From the NCBI GenBank assembly GCA_041664265.1, contig JBAYLD010000004.1, positions 33,470-97,469 on the forward strand: a DNA stretch of 64,000 nt, given 5' to 3'. The DNA is from Minisyncoccota bacterium (GTDB lineage Bacteria > Patescibacteriota > Minisyncoccia > Phycocordibacterales > Phycocordibacteraceae). A program made the translations under genes and the position numbers. Each line of letters begins with the position of its first letter. Position 1 is the first letter of the stretch. Positions 42,543 through 51,563 of the stretch are shown here, one piece after another. The notes below the pieces were generated by a model. The model saw nothing but the letters and a program-made list of their open reading frames with translations. It was not told the origin of the DNA and did not search any database.

Positions 42543-43279
42543 AAGAGTGATTCGATAAGTTGGGCGGTTTCGGTGGGGGAAGTGACGCTTTGGGCCGTTG
42601 CGCCAGTTTTAAATACGGCCTCGTCGTTGCCACCGCCTACGAGCTCGTCGCCCACATAGACCGCGTCAGCTTCAGCGATGCCGAGACGCTTCGTGAGTTG
42701 CCGAATGCCATATGCCTTGTCGATGTCGCGCTTGGTCACATCGATAGTCGTCGAACCGCCCATGCCGACTGAATATTCCGGTAGCTTCGCGGCGATATTG
42801 GCTTGGAGCGCGTGGCGCTTTGAATGATCGGGATCCCACGCTTTCTTTTCAATAATCGGCGCTTCTTGGCCAAGCGCAGACAGCGTCACTTGGCCGCCGC
42901 GATATTCGATGCGATCGCCCCACGCCGATTCGGCGAAATTGATAAGGCCGGTTTCCTCTGCTGCTGCGCGCATTGCCGCCTCGATAGCATGAGCTTCTTT
43001 CTCTGAAAGGCGCTCTTCATAAATCTTGTTCCAGTCACTATTCTGATATTCGTAGAGAGCAGCGCCGGAGGTGGGCAACAAATAAAGGTTCGAGAAGTGT
43101 GTATCGCTCGGGAGGTGGGCGACCAACTGCTTTAAGAGCTGCGGCAGGGCGCCGCCCGAGACGACCGCGATTTTCGTAGCGACAAGGAGCTTCGCGACGA
43201 GTGCCGCCATCTCGCTGGTGAGGGGCTGCTTGCTCTCGGTGAGCGTGCCATCTAAATCAAAGATTATAAGTTTATTCAT
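42527..43279 (-). CDS. HAD-IIB hydrolase, eukaryote-type phosphomannomutase-like
   Basis: FDLDGTLTESK, VSGG, IEYRG, GGSTTIDV..DK, YVGD...GGND. Confidence 0.88.
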   Translation of the reverse strand: MNKLIIFDLDGTLTESKQPLTSEMAALVAKLLVATKIAVVSGGALPQLLKQLVAHLPSDTHFSNLYLLPTSGAALYEYQNSDWNKIYEERLSEKEAHAIEAAMRAAAEETGLINFAESAWGDRIEYRGGQVTLSALGQEAPIIEKKAWDPDHSKRHALQANIAAKLPEYSVGMGGSTTIDVTKRDIDKAYGIRQLTKRLGIAEADAVYVGDELVGGGNDEAVFKTGATAQSVTSPTETAQLIESLLNIKV

Positions 43280-43288
43280 AGGCGTGTC

Positions 43289-43398
43289 GCGAGCGAGAGC
43301 CTGTATCTCGAAGGGTACGCGATTTTTTTGCTAAAAAATCGCTCAGTCCTCGTCTCGTCAGCCTGTGGAGCCCCTTCTCGACACATACGCTCGCTCGC
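43289..43398. repeat. 110-bp fold-back element (MITE-like)
   Basis: 27-bp imperfect terminal inverted repeats (21/27) and internal GCGATTTTTT..AAAAAATCGC hairpin. Confidence 0.6.
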
Positions 43399-43399
43399 T

Positions 43400-45334
43400 T
43401 CATGTCAGTGCATCGATTATGTGCTTGAGCGACGCGGTCGCGACGCCAAGCACCTTGTCGGCGGCACCGTAATAGAGATAGAGCGTGTCGCCTCGGGTAA
43501 CCGCACCGCAGGAGAAGACGACGTTTGCGATCGTGCCCTCGCGCTCATACTGTTCAAGGGGCTCAAAGATGTGGTCGGCAGTGCGTGCGAGCACGGAGGT
43601 GCCTGAAGGGTCTAAAAGTACGGCACCGAGGCGATACTTTGCGTGATGAGAGACGCCGTGATAAATCATTAGCCATTTGCCGTCCGCAACTTTAATCGGC
43701 GGCGCCGCGCCGCCGACCTTCACACCGTCCCACATGCCGCGGCGCGGCGCGATGATCTCTATGCAGCGACTCACGCGCTTGCCGGATGAGAGGTCGGGTA
43801 AGAGATCGGCGCAGATCTGGCCGTTCACGCGGTGATAGAGCAGATAGTTCCCGTCGATCTTCTCTGGCAGGAGCGCGAGATCCTTATCATCGACACCGTC
43901 GGGCGTGAGGAGGAGTGGCACACTCCACTTCTCCCATCGACGCGCAAGAAAGTCGGGAACGCTGATCGAGGAGATCGCTCCCGCCGGCGGATGCACGCCG
44001 TCATAGGCGGTGTAGGTCATGTGGAGAGAGTCGCCGATGCGCACGATACGCGGATCCTCGCAGCCGGAGTTACCGGTCGAGCTGCCTTTTTTCATTTCAA
44101 AATCAACACGCGGTATGTAGATCGGCTCCGGCAAACGCTCATCGATCGTGAGGCCGTCCTTCGAGATCGCGAGCCCGATGGTCGACGTGTTCGCGGCGTC
44201 CATCGCGCGATAGAGGATGTAGACCGAACCATCGAGATCGATCGTAGCGGCGTTCATCACTTCGCTGCTTTCGAATCCGCCTCCTCGCGGAGCGAGGATA
44301 GGGTTATGTGGAGAACGGGTGAAGGTGCGTGCCGGTCGCGTGGGGTCGAGTGCACGCAGGAGATCGTGCAGCTTCACGCTCGCCTTGGCGCAAACGGTGT
44401 CGGCCGCGCCATACCAAATATCGAGCATGCCGTCTTCGCCAATGGTCGCGCTCGTAGGGAAGACGATGTCGGGCACCACGCCGTACGCCTCATATATTTC
44501 TTCAGGCACCAGGAGAGACTCGGTGCGGTGGATAATCTTTGTCGGGTCATCACGATCTAAGAGCGCTGCTTCAACGGAGAATATCCGGTCGTCGCCGCTA
44601 AAATAATTTTCAATATACGAATAGAAGATGAGCCAACCGCGGTCGGTGAGGACCGGGACGCTGCCGACTTCAACATGGTCGTTGTCGCTGCGCTTAAACG
44701 GGAGCTTGTGCGACTGCCAATCTGCATACCATGCTGCCCAGAACGCGGGGGACCAGAAGTCCTCAATGTGGTCGGCGAGGACTAAGCATATCTCGGCGGG
44801 GGGGTCATCGGTATGGACGGTGAGCAGGGCCGCAACCTTCCCGCCCACACGCTCGGGGAAGATCGCAAACGCTTTTGCGTTAAACGGCGTCGCGAGATGT
44901 CGGTCGGTAAAGTTCTCTCCATCCCGTGCGACGGCGATGCCGACTTTAATATTGTCTTTTGAGAAAGGGAACCCGCCGAGTGCGGTATAGGTGAGGTACG
45001 TCACGCCCTCAAAGACTGTTGCACGCGGGTCTTCACAGCCGAAGGCCTCCCATGGTTCTTTAGGAGCAATCACTTGCCTCTGCAGGTTGAAGTGGATCCC
45101 GTCTTCAGAAAATGCTTCGCCGATGGTTGATTGTCCGGCATAGGGCGCAATAAGTGCTGCGGGGTGCGAGAGTGCGCGATAATACATTCGCCAACCACCC
45201 TTCTCGCGCTTGCCTCCCGTGGTTTCAACGAAGGAGGGGATGACTGAAGGATTGAAGGTCGCGAGCGCTTCCCAAGGGTGTTCGCGGTTGGGTGAGAGAA
45301 TGGGATTATGAGGCTCTCGGCGGATGACAAACAT
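43400..45334 (-). CDS. Tandem double GH130-family glycosidase/phosphorylase
   Basis: Two repeats of NPIL.P, FNP/MNAA, GCEDPR, Y.TYTA, .VF. Confidence 0.9.
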   Translation of the reverse strand: MFVIRREPHNPILSPNREHPWEALATFNPSVIPSFVETTGGKREKGGWRMYYRALSHPAALIAPYAGQSTIGEAFSEDGIHFNLQRQVIAPKEPWEAFGCEDPRATVFEGVTYLTYTALGGFPFSKDNIKVGIAVARDGENFTDRHLATPFNAKAFAIFPERVGGKVAALLTVHTDDPPAEICLVLADHIEDFWSPAFWAAWYADWQSHKLPFKRSDNDHVEVGSVPVLTDRGWLIFYSYIENYFSGDDRIFSVEAALLDRDDPTKIIHRTESLLVPEEIYEAYGVVPDIVFPTSATIGEDGMLDIWYGAADTVCAKASVKLHDLLRALDPTRPARTFTRSPHNPILAPRGGGFESSEVMNAATIDLDGSVYILYRAMDAANTSTIGLAISKDGLTIDERLPEPIYIPRVDFEMKKGSSTGNSGCEDPRIVRIGDSLHMTYTAYDGVHPPAGAISSISVPDFLARRWEKWSVPLLLTPDGVDDKDLALLPEKIDGNYLLYHRVNGQICADLLPDLSSGKRVSRCIEIIAPRRGMWDGVKVGGAAPPIKVADGKWLMIYHGVSHHAKYRLGAVLLDPSGTSVLARTADHIFEPLEQYEREGTIANVVFSCGAVTRGDTLYLYYGAADKVLGVATASLKHIIDALT

Positions 45335-45337
45335 ATA

Positions 45338-46489
45338 TTAGGTTGTTTGTGCCGGTATGGTCACCAGAGAAGTTTGGCTCCCCTCAATCAAGGCATCGAG
45401 GAAGGCGTCCAAGGGCGCGGTCGCGACGCAGACGACCTTGTCGGCGCCGCCGTAGTAGATGAAAAGGGTGCCGTTTTGTACCGTCGCGCCGCAAGCGTAG
45501 ACAACGCCCGGTTTGCCCTCATTCTCGTAACGTTCGTCCGGGGAGATGATGGGAGCAGCAGAACGGTGAAGTACGTGTGTCGGATCGTTGAGATCGAGCA
45601 GCATCGCGCCGAGCTTGTAGCGATTTGGTTCGCAGCTATCAACCGCGTGATAGAAGAGGAGCCAGCCGTGTGGAGTCTTGATGGGTGGCGGTCCCGCACC
45701 GCGAACAAACGTGTCCCAACAATGTTCTCTTACCGGGAGACTGCCACGCGCGCCGACCCAACTGTCGATCAGAGGTTCTTCAGTGCCGATGTCTTCAATT
45801 GAGTCGCGATAGGCAATGTCTATTTTCGGCGTGATGCTGTGCAGGATAGCGAATCTCCCGTTTATTTTTTCTGGGAACAGGACCCAATTTTTGTGTACCT
45901 GCTTCGGCTGGGAGAGGAGATAGGGCCCGTCCCACTTCTCAAACCGGTGCGCGACCAAATCGTCCTCCGCAATTGAGATAGCGGCGACGCGTATGAAGTC
46001 CCATCCGTCAAATATATTGAACGTGATATAGACTCGTCCGTCGAGAAGCACCATGCGCGGATCCTCGCATCCGCCCCAACTGCCGCCCGAGGGATATAAG
46101 ACGGGAGAATAGCGGCGGATGCCGTTTGAAGAGGCACGCGGATTTTGCGCAACGAAGGCGGGATAGGGCCAGAGCGTATCAAAGACGATGCCGTCGGCGC
46201 TGCTCGCATAGCCAAGCCGCGAGATGCCGTCAGTGCCGATGGCGCGATAGATGAGGTGCGTGCGGCCATTGATAATCGCAGCCGCCGGATTCAAGACCGC
46301 CTCGGCAGTCCACGGGTGTTTGCCCGGTTTTAGGATCGGGTTACCGAGGTGTTTGTCGAGTACGAGGTGTCGTAGGAGCGTCGCGACTTTTTCACGCAGC
46401 GGCCGAGAGAATGCAATGCCGAGAATCGCTCCGACGACAAAGAGAGAAAAGAGCAGTGCGACGATATTCACAAAAAATAAGAAGCTCAT
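45338..46489 (-). CDS. GH130-family glycosidase/phosphorylase with N-terminal TM
   Basis: VLNPAA, GGCEDPR, KNWVLFPEKING, IYYGGAD. Confidence 0.9.
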   Translation of the reverse strand: MSFLFFVNIVALLFSLFVVGAILGIAFSRPLREKVATLLRHLVLDKHLGNPILKPGKHPWTAEAVLNPAAAIINGRTHLIYRAIGTDGISRLGYASSADGIVFDTLWPYPAFVAQNPRASSNGIRRYSPVLYPSGGSWGGCEDPRMVLLDGRVYITFNIFDGWDFIRVAAISIAEDDLVAHRFEKWDGPYLLSQPKQVHKNWVLFPEKINGRFAILHSITPKIDIAYRDSIEDIGTEEPLIDSWVGARGSLPVREHCWDTFVRGAGPPPIKTPHGWLLFYHAVDSCEPNRYKLGAMLLDLNDPTHVLHRSAAPIISPDERYENEGKPGVVYACGATVQNGTLFIYYGGADKVVCVATAPLDAFLDALIEGSQTSLVTIPAQTT

Positions 46490-46544
46490 AGCTTTAATAA
46501 CAATAGCATTCGCATGGCGGTTTGAAGCGTGGTATATTCAGCAC

Positions 46545-46919
46545 ATGTTGGTAAATGTCTGTATCGCGAAGCTGCACCGCGCGACGGTGACCGACGCCGA
46601 TCTCAATTATGTCGGCTCGATCACGATCGACGAAACGCTCCTCGAAGCGGCAGGGCTCGTGCCCGGGCAGATGGTGCAGATTACAAATGTGAGTAACGCC
46701 GTCCTCTGGCGCACCTATATCGTGAAGGGCGACAAGGGGAAGGGCGAGATCGTCTTAAACGGCCCGCCGGCGCGCCTCTTCCAAAAGGGCGACAAGGTCA
46801 TCATCCTCGGCGAGGGTTGGGTCGAGGCGGCGGAGGCTGCGAAGATGAGCCCCACGGTCGTCTTCATGGATGACCAGAATCAGATTACTGAGGTAAAAAA
46901 AGGCTGGCGCCCAAGTTAG
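46545..46919 (+). CDS. panD: Aspartate 1-decarboxylase
   Basis: KLHRATVTDADLNYVGSITID (G-S cleavage site), TY, NG. Confidence 0.92.
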   Translation: MLVNVCIAKLHRATVTDADLNYVGSITIDETLLEAAGLVPGQMVQITNVSNAVLWRTYIVKGDKGKGEIVLNGPPARLFQKGDKVIILGEGWVEAAEAAKMSPTVVFMDDQNQITEVKKGWRPS

Positions 46920-46960
46920 GACATCCGATGTCCTAATTGCACGTGGACATCGGATGTCCA
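46916..46960. repeat. Family C doublet
   Basis: TTAGGACATCCGATGTCCTAA...TGGACATCGGATGTCCA; supplies the panD stop. Confidence 0.85.
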
Positions 46961-47069
46961 AATGCAGGTTGCAAAAGTAGGATTAGAGCGTACGCTTCTC
47001 TCCGGAAGCCCTTCTTAGGTGTAAGGGCGATTTTGATTTTTAACTCACTAAAAGAAGGAGGAAGAGAGA

Positions 47070-48122
47070 ATGGATAGATATTATCTGCAACGTTGGACGA
47101 AATGGCCGTTACCGGTCATACCAGTTCCGGAGAAACTAAACCCTTTCAAAGCGGATAAGGTGGATCTCTCGATCGTGCTCACCTGTCACTTGCCGTATGA
47201 AAACATCAAGTTTTTCACGGTTTTAGGTATGCTGCTGGGAGCCCAGGCCGTAGGAGCGCTCAAAGGAGTGCATACGCTCGTAGAGGCTACCTCTGGCAAC
47301 ACAGGCGTAGTGCTCGCGGCGATGGCAAAGTCCTTCGAAATATCGAAGGTGAAGCTGGTCGTTGCACCCGATCTACCGGATGGGAAGCGGTACCCCTTTC
47401 TTCTCGCGGGAGCCGAGACCATCCCTCCGGAAGAAGGGTTAAGCCCTATCGGCACGGCGCGCAAGCTGGGAGGCGGCGGGTGGCGAGAGGAGGATTGGCA
47501 TGCCGACAACGGCATCTTAAATCTCGACCAGTACGCAAACCCGTACGGCACTGAGCCGCATCGAGACTTCATGGCTTCAAAGATTCTGGATCAGGTCGCG
47601 TACCCGCCGACGGTCTTTGTGGCCGGAGTCGGGACGGGCGGAACTCTCGTGGGGGTGAGCAAACATCTCCGCGACAGGAGAGAAAACATTACCATCGTCG
47701 GGGTGCTTCTGAAAAAAGGGGATGAAATCCCGGGTGTGCGTGATTTGGCTCGCATGAAAGAGATTACGCTCCCGTGGCATGAGTCGCTGGATGAGTTTGT
47801 CGAGGTCGAGTCGCGGCCGTCCTACCTCGCGGCACTCTGGTTTAACTGGGTCATGAGTATAACGCCCGGACCCAGCTCCGGCTTCGCCTACCTCGGCGCG
47901 TTGAAGTATCTCGCCTTGCAGAAAATGAACGGGAAGCTCGACTCCCTTCGTGATGATCGAGGAAGAGTCCACGCTGTGATTCTGTTCCCGGACGGAAATC
48001 GCCCCTACGGAGACCGCTTCATGGCGAACCTTCCTTCGGATTATCTGAAGGCGTCTACGGCGCCCATGCCGTGGTGTTTCCCTGGGCATGAACTCATGCC
48101 GGCACCTTTAGGTATTCTCTGA
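47070..48122 (+). CDS. Divergent PLP-dependent cysteine synthase-family protein
   Basis: VEATSGNTG, LDQYANP, VAGVGTGGTLVG, GPSSG, FPD...Y; strong SD. Confidence 0.85.
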   Translation: MDRYYLQRWTKWPLPVIPVPEKLNPFKADKVDLSIVLTCHLPYENIKFFTVLGMLLGAQAVGALKGVHTLVEATSGNTGVVLAAMAKSFEISKVKLVVAPDLPDGKRYPFLLAGAETIPPEEGLSPIGTARKLGGGGWREEDWHADNGILNLDQYANPYGTEPHRDFMASKILDQVAYPPTVFVAGVGTGGTLVGVSKHLRDRRENITIVGVLLKKGDEIPGVRDLARMKEITLPWHESLDEFVEVESRPSYLAALWFNWVMSITPGPSSGFAYLGALKYLALQKMNGKLDSLRDDRGRVHAVILFPDGNRPYGDRFMANLPSDYLKASTAPMPWCFPGHELMPAPLGIL

Positions 48123-48138
48123 ATTGAAGAATCTTCTC

Positions 48139-48176
48139 AATCCCCGGCCGCTAGCGGCCGGGGATTTGCTCTTTTT
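48139..48176 (+). terminator. Intrinsic terminator
   Basis: TCCCCGGCCGC-ta-GCGGCCGGGGA followed by a T-rich tail. Confidence 0.75.
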
Positions 48177-48181
48177 CACCC

Positions 48182-48212
48182 TATTGACATGGGAATGTCA
48201 ATATGCTAGGAT
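48182..48212 (+). promoter_or_regulatory. Sigma-70 promoter with overlapping inverted repeat
   Basis: TTGACA-17-TAGGAT with TGn; TATTGACAT-ggga-ATGTCAATA covers the -35. Confidence 0.65.
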
Positions 48213-48256
48213 ACAAATAACGAGGTAGCTATTGGCTATTTCGACAACTACATTCA

Positions 48257-48826
48257 ATGCTAAACATAGGAGCCTTAATGGGCTTTTTCCTTTTTTCAGG
48301 CGCCACCATGGCAGTGCCCGCATCAGCGAGCGCGCCAGAGGTGCCTCCCTTACCTACGCATAAGGTAACGCTCACGGCCTATAACGCTGTGCCGGAGCAG
48401 ACCGACAGCGACCCATTGGTGACTGCCTCGGGCGCCTATTCAAATCCTGAAATCGTCGCGGCTCGCTCGCAGGATCTCGCGAAGGATCTCCCCTTCGGTA
48501 CCATCATCGAGATTGATGGCCCTGCAACATCAGGGAACTCGTGCGGCTTCGGCATTGTCGAACCGATTATCGGCTATCGCATCATCGCGGATACCATGAA
48601 CGCGCGGTACACCGATCGCATTGACGTTCTCTTTGATACCGAGTCAAACTACACGCTCGCCAATGGCAAGGTGAAGAATGCGGGTATGGTGCTTGGCATC
48701 TGTAACGGCGCCACCGTTCGCGTGGTTGGCTTTGTCGATATTAAAAATCCGAAACGCCTCCCGAAGACACAAGCTGAGCTTGTCGCGCTCGTCCGTGGAG
48801 CGAGCAAGACGATCGCGCTCAAGTGA
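48257..48826 (+). CDS. Exported 3D-domain (MltA-like) protein
   Basis: TAYN...QTDSDP..TASG, LPFGT, DTMNARY..RIDV. Confidence 0.85.
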   Translation: MLNIGALMGFFLFSGATMAVPASASAPEVPPLPTHKVTLTAYNAVPEQTDSDPLVTASGAYSNPEIVAARSQDLAKDLPFGTIIEIDGPATSGNSCGFGIVEPIIGYRIIADTMNARYTDRIDVLFDTESNYTLANGKVKNAGMVLGICNGATVRVVGFVDIKNPKRLPKTQAELVALVRGASKTIALK

Positions 48827-48840
48827 TAGACTAGAGGCGT

Positions 48841-49521
48841 ATGAAGCGTCTCACCCTGAAGGAGTCGGGACTGACCAAAAAAGAATACGAGGTATTGAAA
48901 CGTCTCTCAACCCCGATCAAGATACAAGACTTCCTCGACACGCTCGCGTTCAATTGGGAGAAGGGAGGCGATACACATCGATCGCCACGCTATGTGTTAA
49001 AAGAGAAGAAGGCACACTGCATCGAAGGCGCGCTCTTCGCCGCCGCTGCGCTCTGGGTGCATGGCGAGCCGCCGCTTCTTATGAATCTCTCGCCGCGTTA
49101 TGGTCGCGGTGACTTCGATCATGTGGTCGCGCTCTATAAGCGCGGGGGGATGTGGGGCGCAGTGAGCAAGACGAACCACGCGTGCTTGCGCTTCCGCGAC
49201 CCGATCTATCGCACGCCGCGCGAGCTCGCGCTCTCCTATTTCCACGAGTGGTTCATCAACGAAACAGCCGAGAAGGTGCTCGAGCAATATTCAAAGCCGC
49301 TTGATTTGCGCCGCATCGGCGTCCCGTCGGGGGCAGGCCGATTCGGCACTGATTGGCTCACCACCGAAAAAGACTTATGGGAGATCGCCGATGCGCTCGA
49401 CGAGCAGCCCTATTACCAACTCGTGCCAAAAGGGAATTGGAAATATGTACGCAAAGCCGACCCTATGGAGCTCAAGGCCGGTACTCTCATCGAGTGGCCT
49501 CGCTCTCACCCTCGCGCCTGA
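48841..49521 (+). CDS. Conserved hypothetical protein, transglutaminase-like
   Basis: SPR.VL....HCIEGALFAAA, DHVVAL, SKTNH..LRFRDP.Y. Confidence 0.8.
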   Translation: MKRLTLKESGLTKKEYEVLKRLSTPIKIQDFLDTLAFNWEKGGDTHRSPRYVLKEKKAHCIEGALFAAAALWVHGEPPLLMNLSPRYGRGDFDHVVALYKRGGMWGAVSKTNHACLRFRDPIYRTPRELALSYFHEWFINETAEKVLEQYSKPLDLRRIGVPSGAGRFGTDWLTTEKDLWEIADALDEQPYYQLVPKGNWKYVRKADPMELKAGTLIEWPRSHPRA

Positions 49522-49536
49522 AATGTCCAATAAAAA

Positions 49537-49588
49537 TATCAAGGTCTCGCCTTGATAAACATGTCGGGACGTTTAACGTCCCGACATG
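49537..49588. repeat. Two adjacent palindromes between convergent genes
   Basis: TATCAAGG-tctcg-CCTTGATA and CATGTCGGGACGTT-t-AACGTCCCGACATG. Confidence 0.8.
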
Positions 49589-49591
49589 GGC

Positions 49592-50305
49592 TTATACTTT
49601 GCGGATGATGAGGAAGGGGGTCATCTCGCTGTCTTGGCCGGCGGGGTTGTCGATGAAGAGCTCCTGGATAAACTTCTCGCTGATGGCTCGCGTTGACTTG
49701 CCGAGCGAGAAGGCACCGCGATAGTTGGCGTCGATAATGACCGCTTCGACGCCGAAGCGTTCTTTAATCTGTCGCGCGACGCCGTTTGGATCCGCGGGCG
49801 CCTTCTTCGCATATTCTTGATAAGGTTCAATCGTCCACGACATCGGGCAGTCGATCGACTTGGCCTGCTTGCCGACCAGATAATAGAATGCGCCCTTGAT
49901 GCCGAGCGGGCGCGTGAGAGCGGCGACAGCTGCCGCAAAGAGCGTACGCAGATAGCCCGCCTCCTCGATGAGGAGCTGCATCGCCGGCGCGGTGCCGTGC
50001 CCAAGACCGCGAAATTGCGGCGTCCCAACATGGTTCTTTACTCGCTTCGCGAGGAATCGCGCGAGCCGCGAGGTCACGACCTCGTCGCTGCGGATAATGC
50101 GGCTCTGCGCCACGCAGACAACCTTTTCGCTCACAAAGAGCATATCGCCCGGCGCAAGATGCGGGGCGGCATATTCTTCAAGGAGCGCGAGCAGATCATC
50201 GCCGCTCTCGATAAGTCGCGTCTTGATCGGGAGTCGTAGATAGCGCTCGCCCGCAGCAACGCCCTCAAGCTTCTTCCCGGTGTTTGGTTCTATAGTTGTA
50301 GACAT
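49592..50305 (-). CDS. Coenzyme F420-0:gamma-glutamyl ligase (CofE)-like protein
   Basis: PIKT.LI..GDD, VSEKVV..AQ, DNPAGQ..EMTP. Confidence 0.8.
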   Translation of the reverse strand: MSTTIEPNTGKKLEGVAAGERYLRLPIKTRLIESGDDLLALLEEYAAPHLAPGDMLFVSEKVVCVAQSRIIRSDEVVTSRLARFLAKRVKNHVGTPQFRGLGHGTAPAMQLLIEEAGYLRTLFAAAVAALTRPLGIKGAFYYLVGKQAKSIDCPMSWTIEPYQEYAKKAPADPNGVARQIKERFGVEAVIIDANYRGAFSLGKSTRAISEKFIQELFIDNPAGQDSEMTPFLIIRKV

Positions 50306-50332
50306 GTTCACATAACTATACCAGCTCTGTAT

Positions 50333-50367
50333 ACAAGGAGACACCTCGCGGCGAGGAGTCACCTTGT
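50333..50367. repeat. Family A doublet between divergent promoters
   Basis: ACAAGGAGACACCTCGC-g-GCGAGGAGTCACCTTGT. Confidence 0.85.
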
Positions 50368-50384
50368 GCTACACTATTTCGCAT

Positions 50385-50774
50385 ATGAAAGGATACATAA
50401 CGAACATAGAACAGGCGACGAAGGAGAATACCGATTATCGACGCGTGCTCTACACAGCGAAGCATCATCAGCTGGTGTTGATGAGCCTCGCCGCCGGTGA
50501 GGAGATCGGCGAAGAGGTACATGAGCTCGACCAGTTTTTCAGATTTGAAGCAGGAGAAGGGAAGGTAGTTATTGATGGCGTAGAGCACACGGTGAAGGAT
50601 GGCGATGCGGTGATAGTGCCGGAAGGGGCGCGACATAATGTCGTCAACATCGGGAGCGGGACGCTCAAACTCTACACCATCTACGCTCCGCCTAATCATA
50701 AAGACGGCACTGTGCATGCAACGAAGGCGGACGAAAGCGAAGAGCACTTCGACGGCACAACGACTGAGAGCTAG
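50385..50774 (+). CDS. Cupin domain protein
   Basis: QLVLMSL..GEEIGEEVH..DQFFR, VPEGARHN, LYTIYAPPNH. Confidence 0.92.
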   Translation: MKGYITNIEQATKENTDYRRVLYTAKHHQLVLMSLAAGEEIGEEVHELDQFFRFEAGEGKVVIDGVEHTVKDGDAVIVPEGARHNVVNIGSGTLKLYTIYAPPNHKDGTVHATKADESEEHFDGTTTES

Positions 50775-50784
50775 AAGAGAACGT

Positions 50785-51189
50785 ATGGCTAAAAAAAAGA
50801 AACCGGCGTATCCGGAGGGTGTCGTAGTAAAAAAATCGAGCGCGGGTCTCGGGCTCTTCGCCACGCGCCCGTATAAGAAGGGCGAACGCATCATCGAATA
50901 TTTTGGCCGCATCATCGCGCCCGAAGAGGAGTACACGAGCCGGAGCAAGTATCTCTTTGAGGTGAATAGCAAGAAGACGATCGATGGCACGACACGCGAA
51001 AATATCGCGCGCTATATCAACCACTCCTGTCGTCCCAACTGCGAACCGAATATCATAAAAGGGCGCGTCTTCATCGACACGATGAAAAATATCAAAGCAG
51101 GAGAAGAGTTTACGTATGATTATGGCAAGGAATATTTTGACGAGCACATCAAGCCCTTCGGTTGCCGTTGCAGCAAATGCAATAAATAA
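50785..51189 (+). CDS. SET domain protein-lysine methyltransferase
   Basis: GLGLFA, RYINHSC.PN, EEFTYDY, post-SET CRCSKC. Confidence 0.93.
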   Translation: MAKKKKPAYPEGVVVKKSSAGLGLFATRPYKKGERIIEYFGRIIAPEEEYTSRSKYLFEVNSKKTIDGTTRENIARYINHSCRPNCEPNIIKGRVFIDTMKNIKAGEEFTYDYGKEYFDEHIKPFGCRCSKCNK

Positions 51190-51220
51190 CAAAACGCCCC
51201 GCTTTTAGCGGGGCGTTTTG
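51190..51220. terminator. Bidirectional terminator
   Basis: CAAAACGCCCCGC-tttta-GCGGGGCGTTTTG. Confidence 0.85.
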
Positions 51221-51231
51221 TCTGATCTAAT

Positions 51232-51441
51232 TTAGATCTTGTTGACGTTGACGGCGTTCGGACCCTTTTCGCTGTCGCCGACCTCGAATGAGACCTTGTC
51301 TCCCTCGCGAAGCTCGTCGAACGAAATGTTCTTGAGCTCGTTCGCGTGGAAGAAGAGATCCTTCTCGCGGCCTTCAACCTTGATGAAGCCGAAGTACTTC
51401 TCCGCAACTTTCTTTGCGACGATTCCTGTTTCTTCTTGCAT
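51232..51441 (-). CDS. Cold-shock domain protein
   Basis: FGFI, DLFFH, KGPNAVNV. Confidence 0.93.
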   Translation of the reverse strand: MQEETGIVAKKVAEKYFGFIKVEGREKDLFFHANELKNISFDELREGDKVSFEVGDSEKGPNAVNVNKI

Positions 51442-51563
51442 ATACGATAGATAGAATGTGTGGCTAAAATATCAAATCAGTAGCCGAAGAGAGAAGCTCG
51501 ATCCCGACTTCTATTGGATCCAGCGCTGGTTGATAGCTCTATGATACCATAGATATCATTCGT

